Source: Peribolospora baueri
Lineage: Eukaryota
NCBI GenBank assembly: GCA_029717555.1
Contig: JAMDHS010000006.1
Span: 186,001-250,000, forward strand
Reading direction: 5' to 3'
Length of the DNA: 64,000 bases
Positions 1 to 12,535 of this stretch are shown one piece after another. Every line of letters starts with the position of its first letter. Position 1 is the first letter of the stretch. The position numbers were made by a program, and so were the translations under genes. Under the pieces are notes generated by a model. The model searched no databases. It had not been told where the DNA came from and saw only the letters and a program-made list of their open reading frames with translations.

Positions 1-134
1 GTGCCTCCGAGACTATGACGATGGGGCGCCCAACTCCTCGACCCAAGCAACCCACACGACCGCCAACCTCATCCGCCCCCTCCATCAGCCTTCGTCCCTT
101 ATCTCCTCTTCTTCACGACACCCAGCACCCAACG

Positions 135-1169
135 ATGGTCCGCGTCACCGTCAAGAGCCTCCTACTGCTCTCCCTTATTTCCGCCGCCTCTGCCGCCTCT
201 CTTCCCAGCGATGACGTTCCGTCCCAGTCCCTGCCTCAATTCGTAAACCAAGCCGGAGGCGCTGCCCTTCAGCACGGCGTTGTCGTCGTCCACGAGGACG
301 AGCAGGCCGTGGCTGATAATGTAAACCTTCCACCGCCGAGGGGAGGTTGGAGCTTTACCGATTGTGGTGAGTTGTCGTTGTAAACGTCGCAGAGAAGGGG
401 CAAGGAGGGACGGACGGGTGAGCGGGATAAGAGCTTGGGTCATTGTAGGAGTATCAGATTGTACTGGAACGAGTTGGAATGCGGTCAGCCTCTAAGCCCA
501 TATCCGTCATCTCACTGAACACCGTCTTTGCCCTCGCGTTCCTCTTTCTTTATCCCCCCCCATCACAACAGGCGTGCCAACAGACGCAGTAACTGTCGAC
601 TCCATCTCTGTCTCCCCAGACCCTCCGCAGCCAGGACAGAAACTGACCGTCACCGCCAAAGGCACCGTGCACGATCGTGTCTCTGAAGGCTCTTACGCCG
701 ATGTCGTTGTCAAGCTCGGTCTGATCAAGTTGCTGCAGAAGAGGTTCGACGTCTGCGAGGAGGCGTGAGTGTCCGTTTTTGGACGGGGCGGTCTTTCCTC
801 TTGAGGCAAGGCCGATCCAGCCATGCACAGTGGGTGGACGAGTGAGGCTGATGACTTTCTTACCTTCCTGTTTGTTCACACTGTTATAACACAGCGAAAA
901 GGCCAACGCGACGATCCAGTGCCCCGTCGAGAAGGGCGATTACAAAGTGGTGCAAACCGTAGACTTGCCCAAGGAGATCCCGCGGGGTGGGTATCACGTC
1001 TTCTGATCACCTGGCATTGGTTTTGGCTGACGTGCTGCTTCCACGTTCCTGTTCCTGACGCCCCATTCTAGCCAAGTTCAATGTTCATGTCACGGGCAAG
1101 ACGCAGGACGACCAGGACCTGCTCTGCGCTGATATCTCCATCACCTTCCCCATGCATAACTTCTTCTGA
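135..1169 (+). CDS. NPC2: ML-domain phosphatidylglycerol/phosphatidylinositol/sterol transfer protein (NPC2-like), 4 exons
   Basis: Signal peptide MVRVTVKSLLLLSLISAASA. Spliced exons 135-366, 572-764, 895-986 and 1072-1169 (GT..AG) give WSFTDCG..SISVSPDPPQPGQKLTV..VVVKLGLIKLLQKRFDVCEEA..QCPVEKGDY..LPKEIPRAKFNV..LLC, typical of the fungal ML domain. Confidence 0.9.
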
Positions 1170-1605
1170 TCTGCGCCTTTCTCAGACCTGATCCGCTGTG
1201 AGTAGAACATCCCCCGTCGTATTAGCAAGGGCTCCGACGACATGCGGAATAGCATGCATTCCGACGCGTGCGGCTGCCGTCTCTTCTGTCACCATGTCTT
1301 CCCTTGCCACTCGTCCGTCATTCCGTGTCGGATATCTCGACGCTCTCCCCACCGACCTCTCATATAGTGTACATCCTTTGTCCACCTGTAAGCTATACCT
1401 TTATTTTCCCTTCTTCACGAATCTAACGAGCACAGATCGCATAGAGGTTTAGGCAACGGCGGCGATAGCAGGGGTGCGAAGCGTGACGGCTGCCGAGAAG
1501 AAATTGGGCATTGTAGGATCGTCACCGAGGGCCCAGTCTCGGGACGAAATACGAGCGAGACTCCAAGAAAGAAACGAGGCAAAGGCAAAGGGCGTGATGA
1601 GATGC

Positions 1606-4130
1606 TCAAGTGCGGGGATTCTCCCGGCCGAAGATTTTGACGCCAGGCTGGATGCGAAAGGAGAAAGTGAATCGGTCAGCCTATCATTTCGTTTGAGAAG
1701 TCTCTGAAAGTATACCCCACCCCCCGCACCAAACCGTGGTGCGCTCACCTTGGTTGGGCAATAATCAGACACGCGGTTACAACCAGCGAGCCTAAGCACT
1801 TTTAGCCCATCGAGATTATCGAGGAGCTCACGGACGACGAAGTCATCTACCGCGCGACAGAAGCTTACGTCGAGCTCGCGGAGGCGCTTGCAGCTGGTCG
1901 CCAAGGACTTAATCGCCTCGTCGGTAAGATTGTCCACGCTGTGCAGGTTAAGCACCTCCAAGGTGCTCCCAGAGTGACCAACGAGAGCGCCCAGCGCCTC
2001 GTCATCGACGTCTAGACACCGGCCGAAGTTGACGTCGGTGAGTCCGCCGTGAGAGTTCGTCCACTCCGTGAACAGCTCCTTGACTCCTGTCGCGCTGATC
2101 TCGGCGCAGTCCCAAAACTTGAGTGTCCTTAATCGCTTACAATTGGGTTTGATGCCAGAGGTTAGGGTCTTGTCCGTCAGCTCGGGCTGGTCGTTGAGGA
2201 TGAGCGACTCGAGCTCGACGCCAACGGCGGAGAGAAGGGGAATGAGCGCGTCGTCCTTGAGAGGCGTGCCGCTCGTGCTCAGGTCGAGAAGGCGAAGGTT
2301 CTTGAAATTGTGAAGCGGGGCAAGGGCATCATCGCAGAAGAGGCCCATCTCGGAAAGCTTGAGCTGCGAGAGTTGCGGCGCTTTTTCGGCAAGCAGCTTG
2401 ACGCAATCAAGGTCGAAGCGCAGCGTCTGGCGAACTTGGAAACTCTCGAGCTGAGGGCCCACCTTCTCAATGAACGCCTTCCACGAGTTGACGCGGACGA
2501 GAAAGGGAGCGTACAGATGTAGCTGACGCAGGTTGAGTAGATGGTCCCGGTAGTAGTCTAGTGTCTCGTCGGACATCTGCCCGCATGAGAACAGAGAAAG
2601 TACCTCCAAATCCGGACAGAACTTGGCAATCGAAATGAGGCCGTCCGCGTCCATGTCTGGACCCATCCGATGAAAGGTCAGCGGCGTCACTGCTTTCAGC
2701 AATAGCTATGATTCATACGATCCAAGGACATAATGGACTTACTGGAACAGTCATAGAATGTAATCTCTCTGGTTTGTCTTCCGAGGAAGAGCTGAGCGGT
2801 CTTGTTGTTTAGTTTTCTGTTCTTCGAAATGATCTACCAAGAGGTGCACAAACTATAGTGAACTCGATGCCGTTCTTTCAGGTGCGTTAAAACTCAAAAT
2901 TACCTTGCTGATCTTGTTCAAGTTAACCGCCCCTATGTCGCCGAGCGCTTCTACGTCTTCAATGTAATTGCCGATGATCTGCACACCACAAGTGAGCCGA
3001 AACATGAGTGGATGGAAACAGGTTCAAGCCAGTGAAAGGAGACAGCCCACATTGATACATTGATCCTGAAGCGTTGGCATCCTGGTAAAATCCTCGAACT
3101 CTGACATCGTGGTCTTCTTTGGACCCCGCCGCCTCTTCGGTGCCGCCGGCTTGCCATCATCTTGTGGTTTCCACAACGGACCGCACTTGTGACATAGCAG
3201 TCCATTCGGCGTTTGAGCGCTGTTAGAGCAATATAAGAGTGCAGGTCAGGCTCATGTAACCATTTTCCGGCCGCGAACCTGCCACGCACGTGTATTTTGA
3301 GACAGTGAATTTGGCCTTGCAAATGGCACAATAGTCAATTGCGCCGGGCATCTTGTCCTTATATGTATGCGCGCTACGCCTGTTGCTCGGACCCGGCCGG
3401 AAATCCGCGTCATCCTCGTCGTCATCGTCATCATAGTCGTCATCCTTGCCCTTCTTCTTCTTCTGTTTGTCCTTCTTCGCAGCTGAAGCACTTGCGCGGG
3501 TCTGCCTGCCCCTCTTCCTGCTCCCGTTCGCGGCCGCCGCCACAGGCGTTCCCGCCGCCGAAACGTCCGCCATCTGGGAATCTTCGTCGTCGTCGTCGTC
3601 CTCTTCTTCTCCTTCCTCCTCCTCTTCAAATCGCATAGATGCGCGAGTCATTCGTCGTCCATTGCGAGCACGAGTGGAAGGCCCGGGCGTGGATGTTGAC
3701 GCGGCGGCTGCGGCGGAAGTCGAGGTGGAAGGGGATGCTGTCGTTGCTGGTCCGGTCGACGCTCGAGTGGGAGATGCATTGGATGAACCAGTGTGGGAGC
3801 TATCTGTGCCGACGTCCGTCGAGCCGGCCGGCCCTGGAGGCTGCGCGCGAGCGAAGCGGTTTGGGTTGCGGGCGGTGATACCTCGTTCCTGCGCGAGGAT
3901 AGGTCGCAAACAAAATGCCTCGATTCAATGCCGAACTCGGAGCCAGGAGAAAGAACCGTCCTGTTACCGGTCAAGAAGCACCTCTTCTTACCCTCAAAAA
4001 CTCGGTCAAGGCAGACGTCGGACCTCGTACACTGCTGCAGCATCAAGACAACTTGGAAGATTAAAAAGGAGCCGCGGCTACCGATCAGCGGAAAGAGGAC
4101 TCACCTCGAACCGTTGCTTCTACGAGACAT
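1606..4130 (-). CDS. RAD7: Nucleotide excision repair LRR protein Rad7/Rhp7, multi-exon
   Basis: Spliced N-terminus MSRRSNGSSVRGPTSALTEFLRERGI, an acidic/basic tract, CxxC..CxxC, BC-box-like PTLQDQCI and RNI-like LRRs (ORF 1449..2702). The last exon ends PGVKIFGRENPRT*. Confidence 0.88.
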
Positions 4131-4435
4131 TTTAAAGTAAGAGGTGAAGAGTTGGTCAGAGACAGAAGTCAGAGCCTGTTTTTGCACGGACTGAGCCTCC
4201 TAGCAAACGCGGTGGACTTGGTCAGCTTGCGAAAAGGAGGATGGTGGTGGCGAATCTACGAGGTGGAGAAAAAACTCCCGAGTCGGTTCGAGGTCGATTG
4301 CGAGTGTCACGCTTGGTTCATGTCATTTACGCGAGCGGATGACCGCCAAACGACGCCTAACGCCGTCCATGGAACGACCACGAGCGAGAGCCTCGCCTCT
4401 TTCGCCACGACGCTCATCCGCACACGACTTTGGCC

Positions 4436-6654
4436 ATGGCGACAGACAGCGAAGACGATGAGCCCATAGAGGCCATGGAGACTCTCGTGCAGGGGAGAGC
4501 ACGGAGGAGCACCGCAGGTAATCGGTGAGTTGTGAATTTGAGGCGTAGCGGAAAACGCCGGGAAAGACTTAACGCTTAGACATGTTCATGCTTGAAACCT
4601 CGGACAGCATGCGCGCATTGCTCGATAAGGAGTACGAGAGAGAGGAGCTTTTCGAGGAGGCGGAAGGCGATGCTTCCTTTGAGGAGAATGGTATGTATCA
4701 TCGTAATGGTACACGTGGAGAAGGTCGCTTTGCTTATTTTCTCTCGACGTTTCTCATCACTCAGAGCTCGAGGATGATAGCGTGGACTCTGACTTCGACA
4801 AGTCCAGCGAAGACGAGAACGCGGCGAACGAAGATGACGAGGAAGCAGGAGAGCGTGAACTGGAGGAAATTGAGAAGGAGGACAAGAAGGTAAAATTATC
4901 CATCCTTGTTTTCCTTGCCGCGACGCGAAAACGCGGTATATCTGTCGAGTCATAACATATCACCAACGCTTTTTATTCATACTTAATTTCGTGTGGACTT
5001 AGGCCGCTCGATTTAAGGCGAAAACGGCTGCTACAACCCGCTTTACCAAGACCGTCGCTCGGCCTGCTCAACGTCCCGCCTTCGAGCGCGAATTCGCGGA
5101 AACGGAAGAGCAGCCACCGCCTGCCAAGAAACGCAAAGTCTCACTTGCGGTTCCTGGAGAACATCCGGAGCAGAAGGCTACAGAGGCGGGTGGATTGGTT
5201 GGAGTCCGGAAGAGCAGCAGGGCTTCCACTGTTCTGAACAAGCTGGAGACAGAGGAGAAGCTCAAGGAGGCTGAGGAAAGGAGAGTGAGTCGACGAGTCT
5301 GCTTTTTGTGTTCACGCCAACCCATCCGACACAGCTCTAACAACTTGCATTCTTTGTGGTCAGGTGTCTTTTGCTCTCAAGCGACCAAAAGTCGTCCCTC
5401 GTCCCCGTCTGACGCAAGACGCGCTCATCGCTGAGGCACTTGAGACGGAAGAAGCGAACCGAAAATCTTTAGCAGCCTTTCTAGAGCAAGAAGAGGAGCG
5501 CAAGAAGCGACAGCGCATGACCACCAAGAAAGGCATCAATGGTCCCTTCATTCGGTATTGGAGCGTTACGGACAGGACAAGAGGCTCGCGCTGGGTGAAG
5601 GAGCCGATGGTCCAGGTGGTACAGCTTGACAAGAAGGCGGAGGCTGGTGCCGACACTCCTACACCGATGAAGAAAGAGGACGGTCCTTTGACGGTAGGAC
5701 AACAAACACCTGTGCAGCCTACAAGTGTCAATGAGACCGATAGGGCAAAAGAGACAGAGGGCAGCAAAGAGACCGAGAGCATCAAGGAGACTGAGGCCGG
5801 CAAAGAGACCAAGAGTGTCAAGGAGACCGAGGAGGGGAAAGCGACCGAGGGTGTCAAGGGGACTGAGGGTATCAATGAGATCGAGGGTGTTCTTCCGACA
5901 GCGAGGAGGGAAGAGGCGTCGTTGGCTGTCCACCCTTCAGAGCCTTCACAACAGGAGGTTGCTGATCCCTCCGAGGCGGACAAGCCGATATCGCCTACCA
6001 CGTCTCCGAAAATTGAGCACTCTACCGATGCGGAAGTCAGCAAGTCGACAGACATAGGCGTCGATGCTGTGATAACGCAAGCTCAGTCATCACAACCGTC
6101 AAATGTCGTGTCTGCCAGCGCGGAGACCGCCAAACCTGTGAAAAGTGCCAACGACCCGCCCGAGGGCCGAACGCTCATCTCAGTGCATGGCTACGATCCG
6201 GAAGAGTGGGACTGGGTGCAAGAGTGGTCGGCCATCTTCGGCGACCATGTCGATTGGTCTTGTTATCCTGTGGTACAGTCGCGCAATCGCCCTCAGAGTG
6301 AGTCTGCCTAGGCTGCTTTCGCTCCCCAATGACCTCCGTCGCTCACCTCCAGCCCGCTGACGTTCCGTCCACGTTGCACCAGAGCCACGCCAATCCATCT
6401 GCCCGATCACTGGCCAACCGGCTCTCTACAAAGACCGTCGCACAGGCATCGCCTACGCCAATGCCTCGGCTTACAAAACCCTCTCGTCCTTGCTCGATCA
6501 AGGCTTCGTGTGGCAGCCCGAGTTCAATTGCCACCTTGGCGATCCGTCGGATGCGGGCGTCGGTGGGGTGTTCGAGGCAGCGTGGAAGGAGAGCCGCGGA
6601 AAGCAGGAGGCGGATGACAAGAAGAGGAGGAAAAGCAGGGTGGCGCTCACATGA
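4436..6654 (+). CDS. VPS72: SWR1 complex subunit Vps72/Swc2/YL1 (H2A.Z chaperone), multi-exon
   Basis: N-terminal RARRSTAGNRMRALL motif, LTQDALIAEALETEEANRKSL, and C-terminal YL1_C motif ICPITGQPALYKDRRTGIAYANASAYKTL. Confidence 0.9.
5730..5891 (+). repeat. Coding minisatellite, 9 x 18 bp ([N/K]ETE-x-x hexapeptides) inside VPS72
   Basis: aatgagaccgatagggca aaagagacagagggcagc aaagagaccgagagcatc aaggagactgaggccggc ... aatgagatcgagggtgtt. Confidence 0.85.
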
Positions 6655-6929
6655 ACAGAACCTTGGCGCTTCCCCATTCTGACTCATACTTCCCTGCTAC
6701 AAGCCGGAGTGTACAAGTACATGTACTCATATTGCGGCGAGACGCCGATCGCATACCATTCGTTTAACAAAGATCGCGACCCTCTCCGAACTCGAAAGCA
6801 GTCTAGACGCGCCGATACCCTCATGCTAAAGACCAGACTTCTGTCATGGGATGTTCGAGATGGTATTAGGACACGGAAGAGGTCTCGACGTGTATCTGCC
6901 GAACAAACCATATGCGAAATCAGGGACAT

Positions 6930-9900
6930 CTACTCCAAATCCTGCGACCGGGTCCCGGTCCTCCGCTCGAAGGAGTCTTCCTCTTCGAAGCGACCGGCAT
7001 CCTCCTCGAAGCGGCTCGAGCCAATGACAAGATCCACTTCCTCCTCGGAATCATCGTCGAGGTCACCGGTCGCGCTGGTACCATCGCCGTTGCTACTGAA
7101 ATCTTCACCGCAGGAGTCCAGGCCGACCTCATCCAAAGACACCTCGGGTCGGTTCATAAAGTCATAAGGCTGCTGCTTACGCGGGTGGACGTAGGGCAGG
7201 CAGGTAGGGTTGACGGTGGTGTTGTCTTCGTCGGTCCAAGCATACTGGGATTCCGCCTCGATGCTCGAATCGATCTCCGAAGACCGCTCGTCAGCGTCGT
7301 CGGGAAGGGCGATACCCAACCCTGTAATCGGCGGGCTCGGCTCCCGGACGTCGTGCCGAAGCTTGCTAGGAGAAGAGCTCTGGGAACCCGTTGCCCTCCC
7401 TCGCCTAGCCGTGGCGCTCATTATGGCCAAGTTGATACACTCAAGCGACATCTGATGGTTGATACGACGGCGGGGCGAGACGGCATCCCCTGCTGAGTCT
7501 GTGCTCTCGCCTTCACTGCTCATACCGCTCAGAACGGAGAGTGGGCGGTTCGGAGAGAGGAGCGATGGAGCTTTCCCAGGCAGTGGCAAGCCTGGGGGCA
7601 GCATGGACTTGTCCACCTCGATGACTGCCTTGGATCGGAGCGTGTCTAGTGAGCGCACCCTGGCTATGCGGGGACCCTCGAGGAGGGCCTCTATCTGCTT
7701 GGATCGAGCCAAAGGACTCTTCTGTTGCTCGATGCCAACGCTCTTAACACGCTTCATCGGTTGCGGGCCAACTTGAGGAGGACGTGGAATGCGTGCAGGA
7801 GCCTGACCAGAGCCAGTCGGAGGCGGGTCGATTGAAGCAAAATTGATGATGGTGACGGGTAACTCGACGGATACGTCGGACGACAAGGAACCGCGGACGG
7901 AAACCTTTAGCGTGTGTAAAACTTCGATGTGTCGGCTGCGCAGCAAGCTTAGAGCATCGGGCTAAACAAAGGAGCCGTATAGGCAGGATGGACGTGAGTG
8001 GAGGGGACGCACAGTGTGCACACAGAGGAAAAAGGAGCTAGCCACTCACAGGCACATCCACATAATGGTTAAAGTCAAACGTTTCGCCACCCTCCACGCC
8101 TCTCCACCATCCTTTCGCGGTGACCCCGCCTTTGGTTCCTTTCTGACCGAGCTCAAGCTCCGACTCGCTGACCTTCTTACGATAAGTCTGTGTCTCACAG
8201 GCATCGGCGTCAACGAACGCGTCGCGATAATTTGAACCGTGGTCTCCGGCATCCAGGTGTGGGCGTGGGCGAAAGATGGTTACTGTCCTTACCAGACACG
8301 CCGTCATAGCTTTGACCTATGACGAGAGGAGCACAGCGTCAGACTACCAGCTGTCAAGAAGGTCACGGAAATATTTCGAAAGGCGCACCTTCTTGGTTGT
8401 CCCGTTCTTGACGGAGACATGGACGTACAGTCGCTGACCAGCGACCCAGGTGGAGCGGTGCATAGATGCGGCAAGCTTGACCTTTCCTGAGCCTCCGAGG
8501 AACATGCCCTTCTGGTTGGAGACTTCGATTGGTTTAGGGGCTGGAGCAAGGACGTTGGCCATTTCGAAGAAAGGGTACACGTCGATGTGCCGATAGAAAT
8601 GTGCGATGGAGCGGCTGATGTCCGCTGTGCTCTTCAGTTTGACCGAACTGTGAGCGAATATGAATAGGAGGAAGTTAACCTGCGAGCAAAAGTCCCACTC
8701 TGACAGGGACCGCTGCTTACCCGATGATAATGTACCGCACAACTGCATTCTTGCTCTTGAACGTTCCCTTCGCGCCTTTGCCGAGAGGAAGATGCATGAC
8801 GAAAGGGAGGTTGTGGATGCCCTCTTTGCTTCTGCAGTATCCTTCATCGTCTGGGGGGGAAGCGAAACAAGGGAGCGGATTGCCGCCATATAAGGACGGT
8901 TGGGGCGAAGTTCCGGTTCCGTGCGAAGGAGGGGCATTGAGGTATGGATCTGAAGTCGATGCGATAACCATCGCGTGGTGGTAGAAAACGTGCCGAGCGC
9001 CCTCTCCCAGTAATTCTAAAACGGTGGATAATAAAACTCTCAACAACGATCAGCATCGGCGCAAAGTGCAGAATCTTCCATTATTCGTTCCTCACCTTCG
9101 AAGCCAACCACTCGGATCTTCGGCTGACTGATCATGACCTCGCCGTTCTTGTCACTACCCTTCCTAACCTTAATTTCCAGCCTACCTCGCAGAGAACCTC
9201 CTTCGACGACCAAGCTGCTCTCCAAAGCGAGATCCACTTCTACTCTCGCTTTTCCCGACCTTGACTGTTCAAGCACTACAGCGGTCCGAGCGCCCAATCG
9301 AGCCAGGTCGCCGCTGAAACTCTTGCTCCTCGACCGAGTCTTTGACAGCGGCCCGCCGTCGAGACCGTCGTCCGGTAGGGTCGAAGTGGTGCGAGAGAGC
9401 CTGCGGCCCGAAGGAGCAAGCAGCTGGCCCAGCTCGCGGGAACGGCGCTGAGGATTGGACCCCGCAGATATCAGGGTACCTCCGTAATCGAAACCCGAGC
9501 CTGGCTCACTCCGCGCCGGGTCAACCGGTTTGTAATCGGCCTCGAACAAATCTTCGGGAGTGATCGTTTTCTGCGAAGCTGATTCCGGAAGGCCGCCCGC
9601 GCTCCGACTCATCTCCCCGCCCAAGGGCGCTAGACGCTGCTGCTCTTCATCCTTTCCACTGCGGCTGATAACACGAGTGGACGTTGATCGGAGGGAAGGC
9701 CGCGCTGCCGCGCTCGGCTTCCTTGGAGCAGCCGCACTGACGTTAGATGGTAATTGAGGTAGAATCTGAGCGCCTGCATTGAAACGTTTGTTGATCAAGT
9801 CAAGCTCAACCATACCCCCGCCGGTCTCAACGGCCTCGAGGCCCTGCATGCCCGCCGTAGAACGCATGCGCACTGGCGCCACGTTGGACTGCATGGTGTT

Positions 9901-10734
9901 AGCGGGAGGGGTCGGCGCGGTGTAACCGGAGAGGTGGTGATTGGAGATCGTAGCGCGTGATGCCGAAGAGCGTTCAGAGGAACGTGCGGTCGATGGCGCG
10001 GCCGAAGAGCGCTCGGAAGAGCGACCCGCCAACGAATAATCGCCCGAAGGACGCTCGGAGGGGCGTTCAACTGACGGGCGATCGCTCGAGGGACGCTCGA
10101 ACGGACGCCTGTCCGACGACCGCTCACCCGAAGACCGCTGCCCGGATGGACGATGGCGCGCGGCCGGTTCACCCAAAGAACGATTACCAAAGGAGCATTC
10201 ACTCGTCATGGATCGCCCGGCCGAGGACGAGCTCAAGTGGGATGCCGAGGAGATGGAGCCAGCATGCGATAGACTTTGCGTCGACGTTTGATCGTAGACG
10301 CGGTATTCGCTCGAGGAGCGGCCGGCCAAAGGAGGCTGGCTTGCCACAGACAGAGGCGCGGAGGACGAGGTCCAGCAAGACTCCGACGAGATTGAACCTC
10401 TGTGGGAGAGCGGCTTCTGCGATGAGGGTCGATCGTGCGCACGACGTGCTCCAGAGGCCCGACCCGCGGAAGAACGGTCGCCTGCGGAGGACCGACTAGC
10501 GGAAGACGAGCTCCAGTAGGACTCCGAAGAGGTCGAGCCGGCATGCGACAGGCTCTGCTGCATTGCCCCATCGTAGGCAGGGCTTTGGCCAAAGGGCAGC
10601 TCGTGCTCGTGATACGCCTCCTTGAGAGTGGTCATGGACTTGTGGCGCGACCGAGAGCGTGACCGGGACCGCTGCTGTTGGTCGGGAGCGCGGCTTTGAC
10701 CTTCAGCTCGCCGCAGCTCCCTGGTTGCAGACAT
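6930..10734 (-). CDS. Arrestin-like (arrestin N/C fold) protein with long Ser/Arg-rich N-terminus, multi-exon
   Basis: ARVEVDLALESSLVVEGGSLRGRLEIKV..PKIRVVGFE, LPFVMHLPLGKGAKGTF..VRYIIIG, IAHFYRHIDVYP, GKVKLAASMHRSTWVAGQRLYVHVSVKN, VSVELPVTIINFASIDPPP. The start and 3' end are approximate. Confidence 0.75.
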
Positions 10735-11220
10735 AACGTAACAAAATCTCGAGCTGGATGAGTGAGAGTTGAGTGAGAGACTGAAGACAAGAGGAAAGGT
10801 AAGCAAGCTGAACGGTGGTGGTGCTGCTCCAACGAGCGACGAGGCGATGAGGCCAGCGTATGCTGGGTGTCTAAAAGCAGGGACAAGGGAGACTCGCAGG
10901 GAGACATGTCCAGCCACTCTCCACGTCCCATCCCACTGAATCCAGAGCGCAACGGGCTGTGGCTTCCCATAGGTCGCGGCCGCGTCCCAGCTGAGCTCGC
11001 GGTGGTCGGAGGAATGTGAGCAGCGAGCGTGCGCAGGAGATGTCACAAGTTACTTATCGCCGCCTCTGTCCGCCTAGATCCGATTACATGTCTTCCCGAA
11101 GAGACGCTCGTTCACCAAACTTCTCCACTCCAACGCCCGCCAGACCCGGCCAACAACAGCACCAGCTTTTCATTCTAGCATCACCTCCGTCCGCTTACCA
11201 AAAGGTCCCCTCTGCCCGGA

Positions 11221-11971
11221 ATGTCCATGTTCGGATTTGGCGGAGGCGGTGGCGGCGCACCCTCTGCGCAGCTCAACCCTCAACAGCTGGAGATGGCCTC
11301 AGCGGAGCTGGACATGATCACTGACGTCTTCAAGTGAGTCTTCCCGCGTCCCGTCTTCCGTTCTCGTCCTATAAACGTTCTGTATGATGCTGGATCGTGC
11401 TTGGATTTGAGCTCTTGTCCACAGTCCCTTCTCGTTGCTTCGGCTCATTCGCCTTTTCGTCCGTCTCGGTCTCTTCTGACGTCTGCCCATGCCTCATTTC
11501 CCCTACATTTCCTTCTCTCCAGCCGGCTAGTGAGCTCTTGCCATGCCAAGTGCATCTCACCGCGGTATCTTGAAGGAGATTTGAACAAGGGCGAGAGCGT
11601 GTGCATCGACCGGTGAGTCACCTAGTCGGTCGAGCGAAGCCCCTCGAGGCCAAGCCGAGTCCTTCTGGCCCCTCTACGCAGGCGCCATGATGGCGGAACC
11701 TCCACGCAGGTCTTGCAGGCGGCCCGTGGTTCCGTTTTATTTTCTTTCCTCCCTATTCATGTTCTCTTTGAGCTCCCGCGCGCATCGACCTGTTATGCTG
11801 TTGGAAGGAATCACTGTTCCTGACCTAGGTCCCGGTTTACCCGACATTGCCCCTCCCAGATGCGTGGCCAAGTTCTTCGAGGTGAACAAGAAGGTTGGCG
11901 AGCGCATGCAGGCCATGGGTGGCAGTGCAGCAGCGAGCGGAGGCGGAGGTGGTGGGCTGTTCGGTCGATGA
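11221..11971 (+). CDS. TIM10: Mitochondrial intermembrane-space small Tim chaperone Tim10, 3 exons
   Basis: Spliced product ..[56 protein letters not shown] has the twin CX3C motif. Confidence 0.95.
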
Positions 11972-12535
11972 ACGGTCAACGAGCATAGGCACATAGAGGA
12001 CTTCTTTTCTTGCCTAGGAACAAAACGCTTCACCGCTGGGGCGATTGAAAGAATGGCTAGTTGGAGCGTTCGCCGAGTCATCCCGAACATGACCTGCCAG
12101 ACGTTGCAGTGCGACCGAGACGAGAACGACCGAGTTGGGATCCGATCGGCACGCAGATGAAAATTTCTCTTTGCGCGGGATAGGATCGCTCAAACAGCTC
12201 CAGGCGCAGCAGTCCGCGGGCCCGCGTCGACACGATGCGAAACGTCATTTCTCCATGGTGAGCGCTAATTCGTTCCGTTGTCTTTACGGTACATGGCGGA
12301 CATGGGGCGAGAAGAAAGGCGCTCCGAATAAATATGGCGCCCGAAAGGCGAACGAAAACGAAGAGGACATCGTGGGGCATTGTCCGTCATGAGCTTGCAG
12401 ACGGCAAGGGGAAGAGGGGGTAGCGGAGAAGGGAAGCAGAAGGCGACGGAAAGGAGAGCGCTTGCATTATAGCTTGGATAAAGGAGACGCGGTCGGATAC
12501 TTGATTGACGCCTTCCCGGCGCCACAAGGCGTTGC

